Assembly (NCBI GenBank): GCA_951406725.2
Contig: OX597839.1
Span: forward strand, 7,502,001 to 7,566,000
Reading direction: 5' to 3'
Source of the DNA: Octopus vulgaris
Lineage: Eukaryota
DNA: 64,000 nucleotides
A program made the translations under genes and the position numbers. The notes beneath the pieces were generated by a model. The model had not been told where the DNA came from. It did not search any database and saw only the letters and a list, made by a program, of their open reading frames with translations. Shown here piece by piece: positions 41,829-55,248 of this stretch (its first letter is position 1; every line of letters begins with the position of its first letter).

Positions 41829-42628
41829 TGTTTATGTGCGTGTATATGATTATATATACATATGCATATATATTCATACCTTGAATGTATACATACATAT
41901 ATATATATGGGTGTGTGTGTGTGTTTATGTATATATATATGTGTGTGTATGTATATATATATGTATATATATATATATGTAATATATATATATATATATG
42001 TATCTATATACATATGTATGTATGTATGTGTGTATATGCATACATACACACATAACTTTACATTTATTTATATTCATATGAAACATATATTTTGCTGGTA
42101 ACAACCATCCACGTATTTATTTAAGCGTCCTCTTTCCCCGCGTAGTGTTCCTCATAATTTCAAATTTGAAAACAGTGTGAAGAACAGTTTTTGGTTGAGC
42201 AAAAATATCATATATACAGCATCATAAAATTTACATTTTGCGTTCAAGCCCTTCCTAGGTAACATCTGGGTTTTCTACAACTGGGGAGGTGATAAAATAT
42301 ACTTCCAATAAATAAAAGAAATTTGATACCATCGATTATTTCCTATATATATATATACCCTCCGCCCCCCACCCGAAATAAAACATTGATGACATTGTTC
42401 CGAATTTTGAAATCAATATTCTGGCATTCGTTGTTAATCTGCTATTGTAAATCGATCTTTTGAATAGATTATCTCGAGTTTTTATTGGTTTATACGAATA
42501 TCAAGTGAAATAAATTCATAATAGACCGTTGATTTATAAAGATATACATACATAAGTGCATACGTATTTATATACGTATGTGTATCTATATATAAATATA
42601 TATATATGTATATAGATATATATATTTA

Positions 42629-42749
<121 letters not shown>

Positions 42750-42831
42750 TATATACACACATATACATATATATATATATATATATATACATATATATGT
42801 ATATATAATATACATACATATACATATACAG

Positions 42832-42862
<31 letters not shown>

Positions 42863-43450
42863 CATATATATGTATGTATACTCAAGTAATTTTATATGTA
42901 AAACTATATGCATATACGTATATACGTACTTAGCATATATCGTATATTAAATACAGATATACATACACATATATATTTAAACGCATATACATTCATAAAT
43001 AAGTATAAGTATGAAGATATTTGTATTAATGTATATATATGAATATATATATATATATATATACATATATATATAGATAGATAGATAGATATGCATAGAT
43101 GTGTATATATAATATATATGTGCATGTATGAGTGTATATATGCATGTATGAGTGTATATATGTATGTATGTATGTATATATATGCATGTATGTATGTATG
43201 CATGTGTGTATGTATGTATGTACGTATGTATACAAACGTGCACATATACATAAGTAGATATTTGAAAATAAACTCACACAAATAATAATATAGATAACTG
43301 CTTCTCGAAATTTATAGGGAGAGAGCGAGTGAGGGAGAGAGAGTAAGAGATACATATACATATGTGCATATATATATATATAGAAAAAATGCACGTAAAT
43401 GTATATCTATGTAACTGTATGTATATGATATGTATGTATGTATATATATG

Positions 43451-43553
<103 letters not shown>

Positions 43554-43930
43554 GTATACATTTAGTTACATAGATACTCACATACATATATGCATGCATG
43601 CATATAGATACATAGATTTGTGTGTATGTGCATACGCAGGTATGTACAATTAAATACAAATACAAAATACTTATATATATATGTATACAATGTATATATC
43701 CCTGACACATCCACGTGAATATAAACCGAACGTACATACATGTAGACGCGTATGAGTGTGTGTATATGTTGTATGTGTATTCTGTTATTCTGTTAGTGAT
43801 TTATACGTTACAGATTTGGCCATGCTGGAGCTCTGTCAGCAAGGAATGAATAAAATTTTAAAGAATTGTTATGTAACACTAAAGTATTTAAATAAGACTA
43901 CAAGTCAATTATTTAGGATAAAAATATGCG

Positions 43931-44002
43931 TTCCCATGTCAAGAATTGAACCCGGGCCTCCTGGGTGAAATCCAAGAATTCTAACCAATAGTCCACTTGT
44001 TT
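43931..44002 (-). pseudogene. Decayed tRNA-Glu (TTC)
   Basis: Minus strand ..GTGGACTATTGGTTAGAATTCTTGGATTTCACCCAGGAGGCCCGGGTTCAATTCTTGACATGGGAA closely follows eukaryotic tRNA-Glu(TTC). The 5' acceptor strand is destroyed; a T5 run lies just downstream. Confidence 0.8.
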
Positions 44003-44129
44003 ATATTGTTTCAATATTTTCATGTTTACTACACTTGAGAGCGACTTTGCCAGGTTCTTACACGCTCGTAAATTTAATTTGCACACACCTGTACACCAAC
44101 GCAAATATTTTTGAAACACTCATATACAG

Positions 44130-44758
44130 GATGGATTTGATAGGTAAAACTGAAAGAAGCCCGTCGTATACTTATGTGTGTGTGTGTGTGTATTTATGTG
44201 TGCGTGTTTTTGTGTCTGCGTTCCCCTTTCACCATCACTTGATAACCGGTGTTGGTGTGTTTACGTCCCCTTTACATTAACGGCAAAACAAAACGATACA
44301 TTATGTACTAGGCTTACACAGAACATGTCCTGGCGTCGATTTCGTCGACTAAGACACTTTAAGGTGGTGCTACAGCATGGCCGCAGTTAAATAACAGAAA
44401 CTAGTAAAAGCATAAAAGAATAATATTTATTGACGTGACCGTGTCGTCAAAAAAAGACGACCGACAGATTTATGAATGGTAGAGAATGGTTTATCAAAGC
44501 AATGCGAGCAACCAGCAACCTGTCAGCAACAGAGCAAATATTATGTACATACACAGAACTGAAGCACTTTAACAATCAGATACAGTTCTAACGTCTCAGT
44601 GGAAAATAATATCATCCGACCGTGTGATAAGTAGCTTGCTACCCAGCCACATGGTTCCGGGTTCAGTTTTACTGCGTGGCACTTCGGGCAGGTGTCTTCT
44701 ACAAAAGCCGCGAGCCGACCAAAACCTTGTGAGTGGATTTAGTAGACGGAAACTGAAA
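44130..44758 (+). mobile_element. Two SINE-A fragments (degraded 3' portion ~44130-44420; 5' half ~44620-44758)
   Basis: Both match family A. Confidence 0.8.
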
Positions 44759-44761
44759 ATA

Positions 44762-44998
44762 ATACCTATTTCTTTATTACCCACAAGGGGCTAAACACAG
44801 AGGGGACAAACAAGGACAAACAAAGGGATTAAGTCGATTAAATCGACCCCAGTGCGTAAATGGTAACTTAATTTATCGACCCCGAAAGGATGAAAGGCAA
44901 AGTCGACCTCGGCGGAATTTGAACTCACAACGTAACGCAGACGAAATACCGCTAAGCATTTCGCCCGGCGTGCTAACGTTTCTGCCAGCTCGCTGCCT
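44762..44998 (-). mobile_element. SINE-B, full length
   Basis: Matches family B. Confidence 0.92.
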
Positions 44999-45004
44999 TC
45001 CGTG

Positions 45005-45093
<89 letters not shown>

Positions 45094-45314
45094 TTGTGTG
45101 TGTGTGTGCATATGTGTATGTGTATCTATGTGTATGTCTTTGTGTCTGTGTTTGTCACCCCACTGGTGTTAATGTGTTTTCGTTCCCGTAAAATCAGTGG
45201 TTCGACTAAGACCCTTCAGGACAGTGCTTCATCATGGCCGCAGTCAATTGACAGAAACATGTAAAAGAAGGGGAAGAAGTCTATCACATCGAATCCAGAG
45301 TACTTGTTTCGGTG

Positions 45315-45485
45315 AAAATGCGTAGTTTCATTTCGTCCGGCTTTATGTTCTGAGTTCAAATTCCTTCGAAGTCGACTTTAACTTTTATTCTTTGAAAATC
45401 GATAAAATAAGTACCAGTTGAGCTCTGGGGGTCGTTGTAAACGACTTATCCCCATCAATTGCTGGCCTTGTGCCAAACTTTGAAA
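45315..45485 (+). mobile_element. Older SINE-B-related copy
   Basis: Contains GTTCTGAGTTCAAATT..GTCGACTTT..GATAAAATAAGTACCAGTTG. Confidence 0.7.
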
Positions 45486-45552
45486 TCATTAATTCTTTTT
45501 TCTATTTATGAGACCCTATGATGTGATGTAATGTAATGTGATTAAAAATTAT

Positions 45553-45972
45553 GGATCTTTTCGGTTTGAACGGCAGTTTTTAACATGATTTCTAGGTAAC
45601 TAAAACATTTTAAACTTCGTATACTGGTAGAATGTGTTTATAAAACATCTTTTTCGATTGGCTTTATTGAGAAAATTCTATAGTTTGTAAGATATTTGTT
45701 GTTTTTTGTCTTCAATTTCTGCAATTTCAACCAATCACTGACGTCTATTGAGGTGAAAACATTCTGTGCCGTATGAATATGTCCCTCGTTTAAGAAACAG
45801 ATTGGGTTTATTAACATTTGTGAAGAAAAAAGGTACCCTTCCCCCACCCCTAACCCTAACCCTAACCCTAAAACAGATTGAAATGCAATAGATCGATACT
45901 AGGGTCATAATTATGGGTGACAATTTCATATGACGCCGCTAGAAAAAACTGCCGTTCAAACCGAAAAGATCC
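45553..45972 (-). mobile_element. Merlin-like MITE (420 bp) with (CCCTAA)n tract
   Basis: TIRs of ~28 bp, GGATCTTTTCGGTTTGAACGGCAGTTTT; exact 8-bp TSD AAAATTAT (45545-45552 and 45973-45980). Confidence 0.92.
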
Positions 45973-46531
45973 AAAATTATTTATTTCTAGCTTCTTCTTG
46001 CTCCAGTTAGACAAATCCCATGATTATTTATTCATTTATTTATGCTGGTCCCCACTCAGCAGAAAAGATGGATTGCGTTATAGCAAGCTACCATGTTTTG
46101 TTGTTTTAATTTTCTTTCTTAAGCCTAAGAACTCAGAGTACAAGTTACCCAGTTCCCATGGGTAACTTGTACTGAATAGGCCGCCCATCCGTTGCAGAGG
46201 TGAAAGTCAGCACTTTTGAGGGAAGGGGAATAGGTCTATTACATCGAATATAGTACTTGTTTCGGCCTTTGTTTTCTCAACCTTGAAGAAATGAAAAGCA
46301 GAGTTGACCTCGGAAGTAATTAAACAGGGGGTAATATATTCCACTTACTATTTTCCCCCAACGTGCTATCAATTCAACCAACTCTTTGTCTTTTTGCTTT
46401 ACTTGTATCCAAATACATTCCCTGACCCACCATAGCTCCCAATGGCCTTCCATTATTCAATTCAATAGCTTAGGCTTAAATAGAAATTTACTTGTAATTT
46501 CTAGCACGCCTATCTTCCATTTTGAAACTTC

Positions 46532-46961
46532 AGATCTTTTCGGTTTGAACGGCAGTTTTTTTCTAGCAGTGTCATATGAAATTGTCACCCATAATTATGA
46601 TCCTAGTATCGATCTATTGCATTTCAATGTTTTAGGGTTAGGGTTAGTTAGGGTTTAGGGGTGGGGTGGGGGAAGGGTATCTTTTTTCTTCACAATTGTA
46701 AATAAACCCAATCTGTTTCGTAAACGAGGGACATATTCATACGGCACAGAATGTTATTTTTACCTCAATAGACGTTATTGATTGGTTGAAATTGCAGAAA
46801 TTGAAAAAAAAACAACAAATATCTTACAACTATAGAATTTTCTCAATAAAGCCAAGAGAAAAAGATGTTTTATAAACACATTCTACCAGTATACGAAGTT
46901 TAAAAGTGTTTAGTTGTGTGGAAATTATTTTAAAAAACTGTCGTTCAAACCGAAAGGATCC
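46532..46961 (+). mobile_element. Merlin-like MITE (430 bp) with TTAGGG tract
   Basis: Same TIRs; exact 8-bp TSD GAAACTTC (46524-46531 and 46962-46969). Confidence 0.92.
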
Positions 46962-47263
46962 GAAACTTCCTATATCCTTTATAGTCATTTAACTTTTATC
47001 TCTTCGCTTGTTATTCGTGGTGTTGTTGTTTTTGCTGTTATTTGTTGTATTTAAATAGGAAGATATATTTATATTTAAATATTTTACCAGAATTTTCATA
47101 TCGCCATCAACAACAGTAATGCGATAAGAGATATCGTTTTCCTCATGACATTTCGATATGACATCCATTTATTTTCAAATGATATTTTGATTGAGGCTAC
47201 TTGTCACGTTCCATCGTTCTTCTGTTTATTTTCCTTTGTTTTCATCATCATCATCATCATCAT

Positions 47264-47432
47264 CGAGCTGGCAGAAACGTTAGCACGCCGGACGAAATGC
47301 TTAGCGTTATTTCGCCCATCACTACGTTCTGAGTTCAAATTCCGCCGAGGTCGACTTTTCCTTTCATCCTTTCGGAGTCGATAAATTAAGTACCAGTTGA
47401 ATACTGGGGTCGATGTTATCGACTTATCCCCT
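47264..47432 (+). mobile_element. SINE-B 5' two-thirds
   Basis: Matches family B. Confidence 0.88.
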
Positions 47433-47435
47433 TCC

Positions 47436-47697
47436 TGCGTGTTGTGTACTTGAGCAAGACACTTTATTTCACTTTGCTCCAGTTCACTCAGCTGTGGAAT
47501 GAGTTGCGAGGTCACGGGTGCTAAGCTGTATCGGCCATTGCCTTTCCCTTGGATAACACTGGTGGCGTGGAGAGTGGAAGCCGGTATGCATGGGCGACTG
47601 CTGGTCTTCTATAAACGACCTTGCCCCACGGACTTGTGCCTAGGAGGGTAACTTTCTAGGTGCAATCCCATGGTCAATCATGACTGAAGGGGGTCTC
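47436..47697 (+). mobile_element. Headless SINE with the family-C central domain but a different tail
   Basis: TGTGT(A/C)CTTGAGCAAGACACTTTATTTC..TGCTCCAGT(T/C)CACTCAGCTG is shared with 54192-54520; the downstream sequence is unrelated. Confidence 0.75.
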
Positions 47698-47698
47698 A

Positions 47699-47750
<52 letters not shown>

Positions 47751-47775
47751 TCACATATATATGCATATATATACA

Positions 47776-47998
47776 GGCGCAGGAGTGGCTGCGCGGTAAG
47801 AAAATTGCTTCCCAACCACATGGTTCTGGGGTCAGTCCCACTGTGTCGGCAAGTGTCTCCAGCTATTACCTCGAGCCGACCAAAGTTTTGTGAGTGGATT
47901 TGGTAAACAGAAACTGATGAGGTGGGTGTCGAATAGTCCGACTAAAATCTTTCAAAGTGGTGCCCCAGCATGGCCGCAGTCCAATGACTGAAACAAGT
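47776..47998 (+). mobile_element. SINE-A with internal deletion
   Basis: Head and tail are present; the middle is missing. Confidence 0.85.
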
Positions 47999-48420
47999 CA
48001 ATGATAAACGATATAAATGGTAAAGAAATATCGGAGGTGTTTTCCATAAGCTTGTTAGCATGAGGTTGTAGGAAACATTGGCTGTTATGTGGGTCGATGT
48101 ACGCTCTCACACCAAGCCAAGGCAGATGGAAGTGAGTTCTAGGTGCAGAGAGGAAGTTTATCGGATAAATATAGATGAAAAGCAGTAGAAGAGAAAAGTA
48201 AAGATAAGGCGAGAATAATAAAGTAAATAAAGTAAATAAAGAGGAATAACAAACACAATTGACATTCAATGTTGACGATGTATTGAAAGTTAATAGTGGA
48301 AGTTTCTCAATGAAACATGTCCGATAAGATAAGAGGGTCACACAAAACAAACACGAGATTCCGTTTGGGAGCGTATGCGTGTCAACAACCTTTTCTGTGT
48401 GTGTTTGTGTGTGTATGTGT

Positions 48421-48541
<121 letters not shown>

Positions 48542-48666
48542 TACATATATGCGCACACACACGCATATAAGGTTGTTGACACTTAAGCATACATATATAG
48601 ATAGATTGATAGGTTGATAGATACATATTCAAACGCACACGTGCAAACATACATTCTATATGTGTT

Positions 48667-48700
<34 letters not shown>

Positions 48701-48849
48701 CTTATATATAATGTGTGTGTGTGTGTGTGTGTATATAGTTATATATATATATATATATTTATACAAATACGCACACGCACTCTCATATACAAACACACAT
48801 TTTTATAAAAAGAGGGAAAAATATTTTCGTATGTATATCCGTGTGTGTG

Positions 48850-48928
<79 letters not shown>

Positions 48929-48944
48929 ATGGATCGTTATGATA

Positions 48945-49073
48945 GATCGTTAGCCACTACACACATTTTTTTCTCTCCTTGTTTTTTCTGTAGAAGAGCG
49001 TAGGCTCGAAACGTAAAAGACTTTTTATATTCCTGGGCGTTATACCAATACATCTGTTTGTTTTGTACACCAC
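48945..49073 (+). mobile_element. Truncated copy of the ~180-bp hammerhead-like element
   Basis: Starts GATCGTTAGCC; motif at 48984-49019. Confidence 0.8.
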
Positions 49074-49259
49074 ATTGAAAAACGTCTTAGTTACCAGTGG
49101 TCTAGCGAGAAGGAAAAAGTTTAGTCAATAGACTACACATTATTCAGAGAAGAATAAGAGATACCCCCCAAAATAGGATATCTGACTCACTAGAAAGAGC
49201 AGTTAAACTCCAAGCCACTAATTGTTGTAATTCCGAAAGTGATTGAAAAATAAAAACTT

Positions 49260-50895
49260 TTACCTTATTATCCTAGACCATGCATGGTTTCTGCGGTCCA
49301 AGGCCGTTCTCGTTGCCAAAATATGAGATGCGGAGCCCAACCTCAACGCCTCCTCTAGGTTCTTAACTAGTTACCCTTCTATTCTGGCCTTATCTAGTCT
49401 TAGCTGACGGCTAAACCTAATAGACTCAAAATGAATGGCTCTCTTGAGGGCGAACCACTATCGGTTATAAACCGCCGCGCCGGTTAGCGCCCTCTGTACT
49501 AATTTCTCAATCCGGCTACGGTATGCCTCGCCAGTCAAAATCCTCTCTTAACTGTACTATCTATGTCCTGTCTACACTTAAGCATTCTATGGTCAGTGTA
49601 AGCTACTTGGACAAGCTGTGGACAGCTAAAACTAGACTTATCTCCAGTTCTTATCACTATCCTATCTAAATAGGACTTGAACCTTCCGTCGCCACTCATC
49701 CAGGTCCACTCTGGGACGTTCGGATGGTCAAGTCTAACGATCTGCCAGCTGAAACCGCTCGAGCAGATCAACGAGACGTGAGTTTACTTTCCTATAGATC
49801 GAGCCAACGCTATCGATGCGCGCATCAACAATAGCGTTAAAGTCTCCTAACATGACTGTCTGTTCTCCTTCTCATGTATGTTGGGAGCAGCACCACCTCC
49901 TTCGTTTTCAGAGGACTCACTGAGTGCTCTTGGGCTTTTTCGGCCGTCTCAAATATGGCCTCTATTGTTCCATATGCTCGGCCCCTCGCTATGTATTCTA
50001 TATCTTTCCATATAGGGGCCAGGCATTTTTCTATTTCGCACTTTTCGAAGTGCTTGAATTTTTTTCGATGAAGGACAGTCCGTTTTGTAAACGACTGTCT
50101 TTCTCTTCAGATTTTCAACACTAGGGGAAGGTGAGATCTTTATGTCCCCACCCTCTTCTTTCATTCTCTCAAAAAGCTCGGAGAGCTTCTCCGTTTCTAT
50201 TACTACATATTTACACGAAACAGTGGCTACTGCCGCGAACTTTTTTGCTGGATCATGCAGCTGGTTTGTTTCTTGAATTATTTCGACCGACATATTCGTT
50301 CGAAATAAATTTATACGCAATTTAATCCCAGAAAAAGGGAAACCTATAATTTTATACTTTTTTTCCCTCTTAACGAGGACAACAGTTCAAATCCCACCCC
50401 TGCTGGAGGGTGAGACGTATCAACAAAGCCTACAACGTTCGAAATTAAATTTTTCACACAGTAATAAAAATACAGTATCCAAAAAAACGGGAAACCTATA
50501 ATATTTTTTTCCTTCATAACGAGGACAACAGTTCAAATCTCGCCCACGCTAGTGGAGGATGCCACAATAGAGCCTACAACGGCTAAAATTTAATTTTTCA
50601 CTCAATAATAAATTGCTTATCCCCAGAAAACGGGAAACCTATAATATTTTTTCTGTCTTACAACGGGGACAACAGTTCAAATCTCGCCCACGCTATGTGG
50701 CGGGGAGCACGACAATAAAGTCTACAACGGCTTTAATAAATTCAATATTAATAATATTAATAATTTCAATATTTCAACAATTACTTTCTCCCGTCAGCGG
50801 GAAAAAGCACAAAAATTTTCAACAATGTTCAACAATAAACAACAATTCCAATAGAAAAATTTTCCAACGTTCAACAAAACGTTGAACTCACCGCC
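49260..50895 (-). mobile_element. Decayed L1/Tx1-type LINE: 5' UTR with tandem monomers, ORF1 N-terminus joined by internal deletion (~49860) to the APE endonuclease domain
   Basis: APE motifs VMLGDFNA (~49835-49858), WTW..SYLDRI and TDHR. An ORF1-like frame spans 49860-50320 with a frameshift (..FETAEKAQ..VVLLPTYM). No RT domain remains. The clade call and outer boundaries are inference. Confidence 0.78.
50327..50740. repeat. Three diverged ~145-bp tandem monomers
   Basis: GGGAAACCTATAAT..GGACAACAGTTCAAATC..CTACAACG recurs at ~50337, ~50488 and ~50632. Confidence 0.9.
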
Positions 50896-50910
50896 AAAAT
50901 GAAAAAGGCA

Positions 50911-52236
50911 TGCATGTATGTATGTACGTATGTATGTACGTATGTATGTACGTATTTATGTACGTATGTATGTACGTATGTATGTATGCAAGCATGTATG
51001 CAAGCGTGTATTTATGTATGTATGTATGTATGTATGTATGTATGTATGTATGTACGTATGTATGTACGTATGTATGTATGTATGTATGTACTTATGTATG
51101 TATGTACGTATGTATGCAATGTATTTATTATGTATGTATAGTATGTATGTATAAATGTATGTATGTATGTATGTATGTATGTACATGTATGTTGTATGTA
51201 TGATGTACGTATGTATGTACGTATGTATGTATGCAAGCATATTATGTATGTATGTATGTATGATGTATGTATGTATGTATGTATGTATGTATGTATGTAT
51301 GTATGTATGTATGTATGTATGTATGTATGCAAGCATGTATTTATGTATGTATGTATATATGTATGTATGCATGTATGTATGTATGTATGTATGTATGTAT
51401 GTATGTATGTATGTATGTATGTATGTATGTACGTATGTGTGTACGTATGTATATATGCAAGCATGTATTTATGTATGTATGTATGTATGCATGTATGTAT
51501 GTATGTATGTATGTATGCAAGCATGTATTTATGTATGTATGTATGTATGTATTTATGTATGTATGTACGTATGTATGTATGTATGTATGTATGTATGTAT
51601 GTATGTATGTATGTATGTATGTATGTATGTATGTATGCAAGCATGTATGTATATATGTATGCATGTATGTATGTATGTATGTATGTATGTATGTATGTAT
51701 GTATGAACGTATGTATGTATGTATGTATGTATGTATGTATGTATGTATGTATGTATGTATGTATGTATGTATGCAAGCATGTATTTATGTATGTATGTAT
51801 GTATGTATGTATGTATGTGTGTATGTATGCCTGTATACATGTATGTATGTATGTATGTATGTATGTATGTATGTATGTATGTATGTATGTATGCAAGCAT
51901 GTATTTATGTATGTATGTATGTATGTTTGACATATTCTTCAGGGGTCTTTCTATGTTTGTTTGTACGTATGTATGTATGCAAGCATGTATTTATGTATGT
52001 ATGTACGTATGTATGTATGTATTTATGTATGTATGTACGTATGTATGTACGTATGTATGTATGTATGTATGTATGTATGTATGTATGTATGTATGTATGC
52101 AAGCATGTATTTATGTATGTATGTATGTATGTATGTATGCATGTATGCATGTATGTATGTATATATGTATGTAGGTAGGTATGTATGTATGCATGCATGT
52201 ATGTAGGTATGTATTTATGTATGTATGTATGTATGT
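50911..52236. repeat. ~1.3-kb (TATG)n array with recurrent variant cassette TATGCAAGCATGTATTTATG
   Basis: Read directly; the flank TTTGACATATTCTTCAGGGGT occurs twice (~51926 and ~52236). Confidence 0.95.
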
Positions 52237-52350
52237 TTGACATATTCTTCAGGGGTATTCGTATAAATTGGACGATGTGTTAATTTTCACCCATCTACGT
52301 ACGGTATTCTTGGGACGGCCGAGCGGGTAGATCAAGCAACTTCCCCATGG

Positions 52351-52560
52351 AAGAACTCCGTCGGTTACAGCGACGAGGGTTCCGGTTGATCCGAATCAAC
52401 GGAACAGCCTGCTCGTGAAATTAACGTGTAAGTAGCTGAGCACTCCACAGACACGCGTACCCTTAACGTAGTTCTCGGGGATATTCAGCGTGACACAGAG
52501 AGTGACAAGGCCGGCCCTTTGAAATACAGGTACAAGAGAAACAGGAAGTAAAAGTGAGAG
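52351..52560 (-). mobile_element. SINE-C-type 3' tail
   Basis: Matches 54200-54380. Confidence 0.85.
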
Positions 52561-52812
52561 ATTCAGTTGAGCACCTTGGTCGATTTAATCCAGACTGCTG
52601 CTCTTGTTCAGAAATTGAAACCATTACTTTTGGTGTCGATAAAAGCGGCGATCCTAGACCGCATCGTTGCCTAACCACACCGATAAAATAATGCTCCTAG
52701 CGGCATTTCGTCCATCTTTACACCCTGAGTTCCAATTCTGGGTATTATCTAGCCATCTCGTTTTTAGTCATTTCGGGGTCGATAACGTAAGTACCAGTCA
52801 AGTACTAGAGTC

Positions 52813-53258
52813 GGATCTTTTCGGTTTGAACGGCAGTTTTTTCTAGCGGTGTCATATGAAATTGTCACCCATAATTATGACCCTAGTATCGATCTATTGC
52901 ATTTCAATCTGTTTTAGGGCTAGGTTTAGAATTAGGGTTAATTAGGGTTAGGGTTAGGGGTGGGGGGGAAGGGTATATTTTTTTCTTCACAAATGTAAAT
53001 AAACCCAATCTGTTTCTTAAACGAGTGACATATTCATACGGCACATGTTGTTTTCACCTCAATAGACGTCATTGATTGGTTGAAATTGCAGAAATTGAAG
53101 AAAAAAACAACAAATATCTTACAAACTATAGAATTTTCTCAATAATGTCAAGAGAAAAAGATGTTTTATAAACACATTCTACCAGTATACGAAGTTTAAA
53201 AATGTTTAGTTACGTGGAAATTACTTTTAAAAAACTGCCGTTCAAACCGAAAAGATCC
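52813..53258 (+). mobile_element. Merlin-like MITE with TTAGGG tract, abutting a truncated old SINE-B (~52690-52812)
   Basis: Both TIRs are intact; the flanks do not form a TSD. Confidence 0.9.
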
Positions 53259-53354
53259 AAAATGTTTCCAGCTTTCCTGAATATGTCGTGTGTATAATGT
53301 AAAATTATGAATAGTTCAATCGGTAGAGCATCAAACTTTTAAAATTGTCATTCG

Positions 53355-53555
53355 CTTACGACGAAGGTTCCAGTTGAACACCCTACTCGTGAAATTAACA
53401 TGCAAGTGGCTGAATGTTCCACAGACACGTATACTCTAAACGTTATTCAAAGGGAGATGCAGAATATGACAAGGCTGGCCCTTTAGAAATACAGGTACTA
53501 CTCATTCTTGCCAGCTGAGTGGACTGGAGCAGCAAGAAATAAAATATCTTGCTGA
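53355..53555 (-). mobile_element. Degraded SINE-C fragment
   Basis: Contains CTCGTGAAATTAAC..GCCAGCTGAGTGGACTGGAGC. Confidence 0.8.
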
Positions 53556-53609
53556 AATCTCTTTATCTATCTAACAGGAGTCCCTTACTGCTAGAAAGGG
53601 CAGCCAAAT

Positions 53610-53869
53610 TCACCCGAAAGGGTGAATGGCAAAGTCGACCTCAGCGGAATTTGAACTCAGAACGTAGACGTACAAAATGCCTAAGGACAGACATAGGTAT
53701 TAAGTCGATTACATCGGCCCAAGTGCATAACTGGTACTTAATTTATCGACCCCGAAAGGATGAAAGGCAAAGTCGACCTCGGCGGAATTTGAACTCACAA
53801 CGTAACGACAGACGAAATACGGCTACGCATTTCGCCCGGCGTGCGAACGATTCTGCCAGCTCGCCGCCC
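53610..53869 (-). mobile_element. Two adjacent SINE-B pieces
   Basis: Both match family B. Confidence 0.85.
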
Positions 53870-54191
53870 TTATTACAAAATGCCGCTAATCCTTTTCCCC
53901 GGTGTGATAAAGATTCTGCCAGATCGCCGCTTTCCTGGGATTAAATATTAACAACTACAAGAAAAACAAACATGATCACTCGAACTGCTAAAAATAGTAC
54001 GTAAGTGTTCCTCAAACTGAGTTTGTCATTTTGAATAAAGAAAAGGTCGATTGCATAATATTAACTTGGTTATTATTACCCTCCCGTATGAAGCATAAAT
54101 GAGATTCATTTGAGCTGATCTGGATTAAGAAGGAAACAACCAGTACAACAACAACAAAAACGGTAACAATAATAACAGCTGTCTTTCCATC

Positions 54192-54520
54192 TAAAAGGAG
54201 CACTCCGTCGGTTACAACGACGAGGGTCCCAGCTGATACGATCAAGAGAACAGCTTGCTCGTGAAATTAACGTGCAAGTGGCTGAGCACTCCACAGACAC
54301 GTGTACCCTTAACGTAGTTCTCAGGGAGATTCAGCTTGACGCACAGTGTGACAAGGCCGGCCCTTTGAAATACAGGTACAACTCATTTTTGCCAGCTGAG
54401 TGGACTGGAGCAACATGAAATAAAGTGTCTTGCTCAAGGACACAACGCGTCGCTTGGAATCGAACTCACGACCTTACAATCGTGAGCCGAATGCCCTAAC
54501 CACTAAGCCACGCGCCTTCA
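54192..54520 (-). mobile_element. SINE family C, full length
   Basis: A box TGGCTTAGTGG, B box GAGTTCGATTCC; 13-bp TSD CTGTCTTTCC(A/G)TC at 54179-54191 and 54521-54533. Confidence 0.92.
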
Positions 54521-54792
54521 CTGTCTTTCCGTCAAGCCATCGATGGAGCCTCTACATAGTCCCTCCGCCTGCTAGAAGAAGCTGCTGTCATCTGTCACTC
54601 AATTCTCACACCACAGACTTAAAAAAAACAATGGACTTATTGAGTAACGTTGTACTGGGTATGGCACTGAACAAACTGGCTCAACATAAGTTGCAGGGCC
54701 TTAGACCCAGGTCTGATCGGCGAAGAACATTTTGGGAGTCAAGCTTTACCAAGTTTCTCCCTAAATGTCGTTAAGAGTTCCACGAGAAATAG

Positions 54793-55216
54793 TGCGCAGG
54801 CGTAGTTGTGTGGTAAGGAGCTTGCTTCCCAACCACATGGTTCCGGGTTCAGTCCCACTGCGTGGCATATTTGGCAAGTGCCTTCAAATATAATCTCGGG
54901 CCGACCAAAACCTCGTGAGTGGATTTGGTAGACGGAAACTGAAAGAAGCCCGTCATATACATTATATATATATATGTATGTATATACTCTTACTCTTTAC
55001 TCTTTTACTTGTTTCAGTCATTTGACTGTGGCAATGCTGGAGCACCGCTTTTAGTCGATCAAATCGACCCCAGGACTTATTCTTTGTAAGTCTAGTACTT
55101 ATTCTATCGGTTTCTTTTGCTGAACCGCTAATTTACGTGTACGTAAACACAGCAGCATCGGTTGTCAAGCGATGTGGGGAGGGGGGCAAACACAGGCACG
55201 CAAACATATACACATG

Positions 55217-55248
<32 letters not shown>

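Noticed and set aside
50327-50740. Regularly spaced repeats resembling a CRISPR array
   Set aside because: The whole ~145-bp unit is homologous, so there are no unique spacers; the context is eukaryotic and there are no cas genes.
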